From positions 1,899,876 to 1,931,875 of the forward strand of contig NZ_JBHSTI010000008.1 in NCBI RefSeq assembly GCF_042660085.1: a stretch of 32,000 nt of DNA. Reading direction: 5' to 3'. Position numbers and translations under genes: made by a program. Every line of letters begins with the position of its first letter. Position 1 is the first letter of the stretch. Positions 26,275 through 32,000 of this stretch are shown in pieces. The notes under the pieces are model-generated. The model saw only the letters and a program-made list of their open reading frames with translations. It ran no database searches and was not told the DNA's origin. Source of the DNA: Longivirga aurantiaca. GTDB taxonomy: Bacteria; Actinomycetota; Actinomycetes; S36-B12; CAIYMF01.

Positions 26275-27798
26275 ATGACCACCAGCACGGGCACCCGGCG
26301 CGCCGGGCGGTCATCCACCCGCAGCAGCTCGGCCCTCGCGGTCGGCGGCCTCGTGGCCGCCCTCGCCCTCGCCGCGTGCGGCACCGAGGTGGCGGGCGGC
26401 TCCGCCTCGGGCCTCGCCCCGCTGCGCATCGGTAGCGCGGCAGGCGCGCAGCCGGCCGCAGACTCCAGCGGCGGCAAGCTCGCCTCGGGCTGGACGCTCG
26501 ACGGCACGCTCCCCGCCGGCCCCGGCAGCGGACCGGTGCTCCGGTTCACCGGCGCGCCCGGCGAGGACGACGTGCGCGCCCTGGCGGCCGCGCTCGGTCT
26601 CACGGCAGCGCCTGACAAGCGCGCGCACGGCTGGGTGGTCGACGGGCCCACCGGCGAGCTGCGCGTCCGCAGCGACGCCTCCGGCCAGTGGTCGTTCGCC
26701 CGCACCATCGACTGCCCGACGTACTACGTCGACGTGGACTCCAGCGACGGCAACACCGGCGTCTCCTGCGCGGTGGCCGAGTCTCCGGGCGCGGCGTCCG
26801 ACCTTCCCCTGCTGACCGACGACGCGGCGCTCGCCGCGGCCGCCCCGGTGCTCGCAGCCGCGGGCGTCTCCGCCTCGCCGCGGGTGCTCGCCGGTGCGGG
26901 CGGGCAGAGCGGCACCGTGGCCGTCGTCGTCGCCGACCCGACCGTCGCCGACCTGCCCACCTCGGGCCTGCGCAGCGTCGTCGACGTCGACGCGCAGGGC
27001 GTGCTCGGAGCGACGGGCTGGCTCGGCGACCTCAGCACCGACGGCGACTACCCCGTCGTGTCGGCGCGGACGGCGTTCGACCGGCTCGACGCGATGCCGC
27101 GGGCGCTCGCCGACATCGGCTGCCCCGAGATCGCGCCCGGGCCGATGGAGTCGCCGGCCGACGACCCGATGCCCATCCCCTGCAAGGTCGATCCGCTCGT
27201 GATCACGGGCGCAACCTTCGGCCTCATGCTCAACTGGGAGGACCGGACCCCGATCCTCGTGCCGGCGTGGCTGTTCGACGTGACGGGCTGGGACGACCCC
27301 ATGGCGCAGGTGGCTGTGGCCGACCAGTACCTCGCCGACCCGACGCCGCTCCCGGAGCCCTCGACCGGCACCGGCGGCGGCAGTGCCATCCCGCCCGACC
27401 CCGGCACCCCGGAGACCCCGGTGGCACCGCCGACCGAGGAGCCCGGCGTCGAGCCCGGTGGCAGCGGCGGCGGCAGCGACCCGTCCACGGGCCCCGGCGG
27501 AGGCGGCCAGCCGGGAGTCGAGACCCCCGCGGTGGAGAAAGCGTTCCTCGACACCAACGGCACCACGATGGCGCTGACCGGCTGGGGCGGCGTGTGCGCG
27601 GAGTACTCCGCCGTCGTCGACGAGAGCTCCACGACCGTGAAGGTGCAGATCGTCGGCCGCTCGACCCTCGGCCCCGACGAGGCGTGCATCGAGATCGCGC
27701 AGGAGCTCAAGGTGCTGGTCGAGCTCGACTCGCCGCTCGGCAGCCGCACTGTGGTCGACGCCACGACCGGTCTCCCCGTCCCCGTCACCCGCACCTGA
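26275..27798 (+). CDS. Putative lipoprotein of unknown function with Pro/Gly/Glu-rich linker
   Basis: Signal/lipobox 'LAVGGLVAALALAACGTEVAGG', 'gcagggaggtacggcg' RBS before ATG 26275, repeat-poor secreted domain then 'PLPEPSTGTGGGSAIPPDPGTPETPVAPPTEEPGVEPGGSGGGSDPSTGPGGGG' linker. Confidence 0.85.
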   Translation: MTTSTGTRRAGRSSTRSSSALAVGGLVAALALAACGTEVAGGSASGLAPLRIGSAAGAQPAADSSGGKLASGWTLDGTLPAGPGSGPVLRFTGAPGEDDVRALAAALGLTAAPDKRAHGWVVDGPTGELRVRSDASGQWSFARTIDCPTYYVDVDSSDGNTGVSCAVAESPGAASDLPLLTDDAALAAAAPVLAAAGVSASPRVLAGAGGQSGTVAVVVADPTVADLPTSGLRSVVDVDAQGVLGATGWLGDLSTDGDYPVVSARTAFDRLDAMPRALADIGCPEIAPGPMESPADDPMPIPCKVDPLVITGATFGLMLNWEDRTPILVPAWLFDVTGWDDPMAQVAVADQYLADPTPLPEPSTGTGGGSAIPPDPGTPETPVAPPTEEPGVEPGGSGGGSDPSTGPGGGGQPGVETPAVEKAFLDTNGTTMALTGWGGVCAEYSAVVDESSTTVKVQIVGRSTLGPDEACIEIAQELKVLVELDSPLGSRTVVDATTGLPVPVTRT

Positions 27799-27883
27799 CC
27801 CCTCGCCGCCCACCCAGGTCGATCCGTGGTCTCCCGGGCTGGGAGACGACGGATCGATCAGGCTCGGCGAGGTGGGTGGACGA

Positions 27884-27917
27884 CGAAGGGCCGCACCCTC
27901 GCGGGTGCGGCCCTTCG
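27884..27917. terminator. Bidirectional-type terminator between convergent genes
   Basis: cgaagggccgcaccc-tcgc-gggtgcggcccttcg; 15-bp perfect arms between stops at 27798 (+) and 27932 (-). Confidence 0.88.
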
Positions 27918-27931
27918 TGATGTCTGGCGGT

Positions 27932-28297
27932 CTAGCTGAACGAGTCGCCGCAGGCGCAGGATCCGCCGGCGTTCGGGTTGTCGATGGTGAAGCCCTGCTT
28001 CTCGATCGTGTCGACGAAGTCGACCGTGGCGCCGGTGAGGTACGGGGCGCTCATGCGGTCGGTGACGACCTTGACGGTGCCGAACTCCTTGACGATGTCG
28101 CCGTCGAGCGAGCGGTCGTCGAAGAAGAGCTGGTAGCGCAGGCCCGAGCAGCCACCGGGCTGGACGGCGACGCGCAGCGAGAGGTCCTCGCGGCCCTCCT
28201 GCGCGAGCAGGGCGGCCACCTTGGACGACGCGGTGTCGGTGAGCAGGATGCCGTCGGAGACGGGGGTCGAGGTCTCGATCGTGACGTCGGCGGTCAT
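27932..28297 (-). CDS. erpA: HesB/IscA/ErpA-family iron-sulfur cluster insertion protein
   Basis: 'GILLTDTASSKVAALLAQEGREDLSLRVAVQPGGCSGLRYQLFFDD...FTIDNPNAGGSCACGDSFS' conserved Cys motifs. Confidence 0.94.
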   Translation of the reverse strand: MTADVTIETSTPVSDGILLTDTASSKVAALLAQEGREDLSLRVAVQPGGCSGLRYQLFFDDRSLDGDIVKEFGTVKVVTDRMSAPYLTGATVDFVDTIEKQGFTIDNPNAGGSCACGDSFS

Positions 28298-28375
28298 GCG
28301 GCGGTCCTCCGTGATGCGACTGGTCGTACCGGTACGTCAGGGCCAACCGGGCCACCCGGCGTCGTATTCCCGCCG

Positions 28376-28393
28376 GGTGAGGGCACCCTCACC
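28376..28393 (-). terminator. Possible weak hairpin between glycerate kinase and ErpA-like gene
   Basis: ggtgaggg-ca-ccctcacc; 8-bp arms, 28 nt beyond the glycerate kinase stop. Short loop makes it tentative. Confidence 0.4.
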
Positions 28394-28421
28394 GGACCCA
28401 TGGTGCCATGCCGGGGGCCGG

Positions 28422-29573
28422 TCAGCCCGTTCCGCCCCAGGTGCGGGCCGCCCGCTCGGCCAGCGCGGCGAGATGGTCCGCCGGCCGGACGAACGCGTCC
28501 GACTCCGGGAGACCCCGCTCGCGCAGGTCGTCGACGACGGCGAATGCGCCGCTGACGCCCGTCGCGGCGTACTCCCGGCGTCCGACCTCGACCCTGCCCG
28601 CGAGCACGACGCAGGCCCGGCCGTGGGCGAGCGCAGCCTCCGCGACGCCCGCGACGACCTTGCCCCGCAGGCTCTGCCAGTCGAACGAGCCCTCCCCCGT
28701 CACCACGAGGTCGGCGTCGGCGGCCAGCGCCTCGAACCCGACCGTCTCCAGCACGGTCGCGATCCCGGGCACCCGGCTCGCGTCGAGGTGCAGCAGCCCG
28801 TAGCCGAGCCCGCCGGCGGCACCCGCACCGAGCGCGACGGCCGGGTCCTTGCCGTCGGGGCGCCGTCCGACCACCTCGACGAGGTGCTCGAGCGTGCCCT
28901 CGAGCTCCATCACCGCGCCGTCGTCCGCGCCCTTCTGCCGGGCGAACCCGTTGGCCGCCCCGCGCAGGCCGAGCAGGGGGTTGTCGACGTCCGACGCCAG
29001 GAAGAGCTCGACGCCGTGGACGGACGCCCGGGCAGGAGCGAGGTCGACCGACAGCACCGACCGCAGGGCGGAGGCCCCCTCGGCCAGCAGCGCGGTCACG
29101 TCGTTGCCCTCGGCGCCCTCGGCGGTGGCGCCGAGAGCGGCCAGCATGCCGATGCCGGCGTCGTTCGTCGCACTGCCGCCGAGCCCGACGACCACCCGCG
29201 ACACGCCCTCGCGCACCGCGGCGGCGATGAGCTCGCCCACGCCGTACGTCGTGGCGCGCACGGGATCGCGGAGCTCGACCGGCACGAGGTGCAGACCGCA
29301 GGCCTCCGCGGACTCGACGTACGCCGTGCCGCCCACCACGAGGATCGACGCGTCCACCGGCAGGCCGAGCGGGCCGGTGACCTCGAGCCGGACGCGGCGG
29401 CCGCCGAGCGCCGCGGCGAGCGCGTCGAGGAAGCCGGGTCCGCCGTCCGCCAGGGGCAGCTGGGTGATCTCGTCGTGGGGCGCGGTGCGCAGCCACCCGG
29501 CGGTGATGGCGGCGGCCGCCTCGACCGCGGAGAGGGTGCCGGCGAACTTGTCGGGCGCGACGAGGACCTTCAC
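28422..29573 (-). CDS. Glycerate kinase
   Basis: 'VKVLVAPDKFAGTLSAVEAAAAITAGW', 'LPLADGGPGFLDALAAALGG', 'VVGLGGSATNDAGIGMLAALGA', 'GEGSFDWQSLRGK'; GTG at 29573. Confidence 0.95.
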   Translation of the reverse strand: MKVLVAPDKFAGTLSAVEAAAAITAGWLRTAPHDEITQLPLADGGPGFLDALAAALGGRRVRLEVTGPLGLPVDASILVVGGTAYVESAEACGLHLVPVELRDPVRATTYGVGELIAAAVREGVSRVVVGLGGSATNDAGIGMLAALGATAEGAEGNDVTALLAEGASALRSVLSVDLAPARASVHGVELFLASDVDNPLLGLRGAANGFARQKGADDGAVMELEGTLEHLVEVVGRRPDGKDPAVALGAGAAGGLGYGLLHLDASRVPGIATVLETVGFEALAADADLVVTGEGSFDWQSLRGKVVAGVAEAALAHGRACVVLAGRVEVGRREYAATGVSGAFAVVDDLRERGLPESDAFVRPADHLAALAERAARTWGGTG

Positions 29574-29682
29574 GCGATCGACCGTACCGGGGCGGAAGCA
29601 GCGAGTCGTCGGCGGTGTTGAGGAGTGCAGCGGATCGGGCGGCGCCCCGCACCGGCCGAGGCACGTCTGGGAGGATGACCCC

Positions 29683-30888
29683 GTGAGCACCGAGAGCTTC
29701 GTAGAGCCCACCCCGACCCCGCTCGCCCTCCTCCTGCTCGGCCGCGGCGCCGACCCGGACTCCGAGCGCGGCGTCGAGTGCCCGGGCGACCTCCCCGCCG
29801 CCAGCGACCCCGGCCTCGTGGACCGCGCCCGTGCGGCCAAGGCTGCGCTCGGCGACCGCGTGTTCGTCCTCGGTCACCACTACCAGCGCGACGAGGTGAT
29901 CCAGTTCGCCGACGTCACCGGCGACTCGTTCAAGCTCGCCCGCGACGCCGCGGCCCGCCCCGACGCCGAGTTCGTCGTCTTCTGCGGCGTGCACTTCATG
30001 GCCGAGAGCGCGGACATCCTCACCGGGCCGGACCAGGCCGTGATCCTCCCCGACCTCGCCGCGGGCTGCTCGATGGCGGACATGGCCGCGATCGGGCAGG
30101 TCGAGGACGCGTGGGACGTGCTCGCCGACGCCGGCATCACCGACGTGACGATCCCGATCACTTACATGAACTCCACCGCCGCGATCAAGGCGTTCACCGG
30201 TCGCAACCGCGGTGCCGTGTGCACGTCGTCCAACGCGCAGCGTGCGCTCGAGTGGGCCTTCGAGCAGGGCGAGAAGGTCTTCTTCCTGCCCGATCAGCAC
30301 CTCGGCCGCAACACCGCGGTGCTCGAGCTCGGGCTCTCGCTCGACGACTGCGTGCTCTACGACCCGCACAAGCCGCAGGGCGGCCTCACCGCCGACGAGC
30401 TGCGCGCCGCGAAGGTGATCCTCTGGAAGGGCCACTGCTCGGTGCACGGCCGCTTCGCCCTCGAGTCCGTCGTCGACGTCCGCGAGCGCATCCCCGGCGT
30501 CAACGTGCTCGTGCACCCCGAGTGCAAGCACGAGGTGGTCACCGCCGCCGACTACGTGGGCTCGACCGAGTTCATCATCAAGACCCTCGACGCCGCCCCC
30601 GCGGGCAGCGCCTGGGCGATCGGCACCGAGCTCAACCTCGTGAAGCGCCTCGCCCTCGCGCACCCCGACAAGCAGGTGGTCTTCCTCGACAAGACCGTCT
30701 GCTTCTGCGCGACGATGAACCGCATCGACCTGCCGCACCTGGTGTGGGCGCTCGAGAACCTCGTCGAGGGCAACGTCGTCAACCGGATCGAGGTCGATCC
30801 GGACGTGGCGCACTGGGCCAAGGTCGCGCTCGACCGCATGCTCGCGCTGCCCGGCGTCGGCGCAACCCCCGCTCACGCCCAGGACTGA
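29683..30888 (+). CDS. nadA: Quinolinate synthase
   Basis: 'VFVLGHHYQRDEVIQFADVTGDSFKLAR', 'CGVHFMAESADILTGPDQAVILPDLAAGCSMADMA', 'VYVNSTA'-equivalent 'ITYMNSTAAIKAF'. GTG at 29683. Confidence 0.97.
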   Translation: MSTESFVEPTPTPLALLLLGRGADPDSERGVECPGDLPAASDPGLVDRARAAKAALGDRVFVLGHHYQRDEVIQFADVTGDSFKLARDAAARPDAEFVVFCGVHFMAESADILTGPDQAVILPDLAAGCSMADMAAIGQVEDAWDVLADAGITDVTIPITYMNSTAAIKAFTGRNRGAVCTSSNAQRALEWAFEQGEKVFFLPDQHLGRNTAVLELGLSLDDCVLYDPHKPQGGLTADELRAAKVILWKGHCSVHGRFALESVVDVRERIPGVNVLVHPECKHEVVTAADYVGSTEFIIKTLDAAPAGSAWAIGTELNLVKRLALAHPDKQVVFLDKTVCFCATMNRIDLPHLVWALENLVEGNVVNRIEVDPDVAHWAKVALDRMLALPGVGATPAHAQD

Positions 30889-30906
30889 CCCGCAGCTCTC
30901 ACGTCA

Positions 30907-30981
30907 TGATTGCCGCCTTTGTTCGGCTCTATTGGATGAAGGTCGCCTTCATCCAATAGAGCCGAACAAATCCGGCCTTCA
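30907..30981. repeat. Long palindromic repeat element (full copy)
   Basis: Perfect core: tttgttcggctctattggatgaagg (30918-30942) - tcg - ccttcatccaatagagccgaacaaa (30946-30970). Imperfect symmetry extends to tgattgccgcc.../...tccggccttca (75 nt total). Right half recurs at 11473-11521. Confidence 0.97.
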
Positions 30982-30994
30982 TCAAGACGCGCTG

Positions 30995-31591
30995 CTAGAG
31001 GCCGGGGGCGCCCCAGACGGCGAACCAGCGGCCGGTGTCGCGCTCCATGCGCAGGTCGTCCGCCAGCAGGTCGCGCAGCTGGATCTCGAGCAGGTTGTCG
31101 CGCTGCTGCACGGGCGCGCCCTCGATCGTCCGGCCGGTGCCCACCATCGGCGCGAACGGGTAGAACGTGCCCTGCTTGAAGAGGTACACGAGCCCGAGCG
31201 TGCGGGCGCCGTCGGTGAACGTGACCAGCGAGCACAGCAGCGTCGAGCCGAAGCCGGAGTCCTGCAGCGTCGTGTTGACCGCGTGCAGGTCGGTCACGAG
31301 CGACGACACGTCCGGCGGGTCGGTGCGTACGACGAGCCACGTGTAGCCGTACGAGTCGACGTCCACCTCCACCTTCGGCCCGCCGCCGGCGTCGAGCAGC
31401 TGCTGCACCTCGGCCTGGATGTCGGCGAAGGCGCGCCCCTCGGGCGCGCGGAACGCGACGGCTCCGGACCCGACGGCGTGGAACCCCAACGAGGCCTCGA
31501 GCGTGACGGCCGCCGACGGCAGCCCGAAGAGGTTGTCGAGGTCGGGCTTGGCCGGCTTGCTGCGCCCGAGGATCGAGTCGAACAGTCCCAT
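30995..31591 (-). CDS. PspA-associated protein PspAB-like
   Basis: 'MGLFDSILGRSKPAKPDLDNLFGLPSAAVTLEASLGFHAVGSGAVAFR' and 'YGYTWLVVRTDP...LVYLFKQGTFYPFAP'; ATG at 31591. Confidence 0.85.
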   Translation of the reverse strand: MGLFDSILGRSKPAKPDLDNLFGLPSAAVTLEASLGFHAVGSGAVAFRAPEGRAFADIQAEVQQLLDAGGGPKVEVDVDSYGYTWLVVRTDPPDVSSLVTDLHAVNTTLQDSGFGSTLLCSLVTFTDGARTLGLVYLFKQGTFYPFAPMVGTGRTIEGAPVQQRDNLLEIQLRDLLADDLRMERDTGRWFAVWGAPGL

Positions 31592-31700
31592 GCCCCCACT
31601 CTCCCCCATCCGTCGGCGCGGCACAGTTCGGCGTGCGCCGGGACGCGCACGGCTCGGGTCCGTCCCCGGCGGCGGCGCCGGCGTCGGTGATACTTCCTAC

Positions 31701-32000
31701 GTGAAGCGCATCCTTCCCGTGACCGTGGCGATGTCCGTCCTGCTGCTCACCGCCTGCGCATCGGGATCGGCCGACCTCGGCACCTCCGCGACGCCGGCCG
31801 CGTCGTCGTCGCAGGAGTCGGGGGCACCGAGCACGGCACCGGCCGCGGGCACCGTGGTCACCGGCGAGCGCACGTACTCCGGGCTGGCGCAGGACCACGT
31901 CGACGGCACGGTCGACTACCCGCAGTCCCCGCCGGTCGGCGGGGCGCACAGCCCGGTGTGGGCCGCCTGCGACGGACGGGTCTACGACGCGGCGATCCCG
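31701..32000 (+). CDS. Lipoprotein with DUF3105-like domain, truncated by window end
   Basis: GTG start 'VKRILPVTVAMSVLLLTACASGS', 'DHVDGTVDYPQSPPVGGAHSPVWAACDGRVYDAAIP' typical DUF3105 N-terminal motif; frame open to 32000. Confidence 0.82.
   Translation, partial: MKRILPVTVAMSVLLLTACASGSADLGTSATPAASSSQESGAPSTAPAAGTVVTGERTYSGLAQDHVDGTVDYPQSPPVGGAHSPVWAACDGRVYDAAIP

Noticed and set aside
27361-27540. Gly/Pro/Ser-rich repetitive DNA (ggcggcggcagt..., ggtggcagcggcggcggcagc)
   Set aside because: Low-complexity codon repetition encoding a flexible linker inside a lipoprotein; not a tandem repeat array or CRISPR.
29574-29682. Intergenic region upstream of nadA inspected for NAD-related riboswitch or repressor site
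   Set aside because: No convincing conserved motif or long palindrome could be identified by eye.
28294-30876. 860-aa antisense ORF (and similar very long alternate-frame ORFs such as 24518-26278 +, 20270-22351 +, 16122-18218 -)
   Set aside because: Typical high-GC spurious frames: low-complexity R/G/A/D/H-rich translations opposite well-supported genes (nadA, glycerate kinase, aat, ctaD, qcrB).
1-32000. Search for defence, toxin-antitoxin, CRISPR, prophage, transposase, tRNA/rRNA or biosynthetic cluster signatures
   Set aside because: No protein motif, repeat array or RNA signature supporting any of these; gene content is almost entirely core metabolism, respiration and cell envelope.

Overview
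High-GC actinobacterial chromosomal segment (Micrococcales-like by protein character) made almost entirely of core genes. Main content: the cytochrome bcc-aa3 respiratory supercomplex genes (ctaE-qcrC-qcrA-qcrB on +, ctaC-ctaD-ctaF on -), flanked by a two-component system, an Flp-type pilin, an M48 protease, a peptidase-MA-like lipoprotein, NlpC/P60 endopeptidase, a CaiB-type CoA transferase, a DEDDh exonuclease/UvrC-like fusion, a Lrp/AsnC effector-domain protein, trpD, an L,D-transpeptidase, a cysteine desulfurase/TusA pair, aat, a PfkB-family (adenosine-kinase-like) kinase, a HesB/ErpA protein, glycerate kinase, nadA, pspAB-like and DUF3105-like genes. The gene order resembles the M. tuberculosis Rv2190c-Rv2205c neighbourhood (from memory). 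I found no CRISPR array, tRNA/rRNA, restriction/defence island, prophage or transposase. The most notable non-coding signals are: (1) a very long palindrome between nadA and the pspAB-like gene (25-bp perfect arms, 3-nt loop, imperfect symmetry to 75 nt), half of which recurs 19 kb away next to a sigma-factor gene that has lost region 4; and (2) a strong c-di-AMP (ydaO/yuaA-type) riboswitch candidate upstream of the NlpC/P60 gene. I do not see convincing evidence for a new multi-gene system here.
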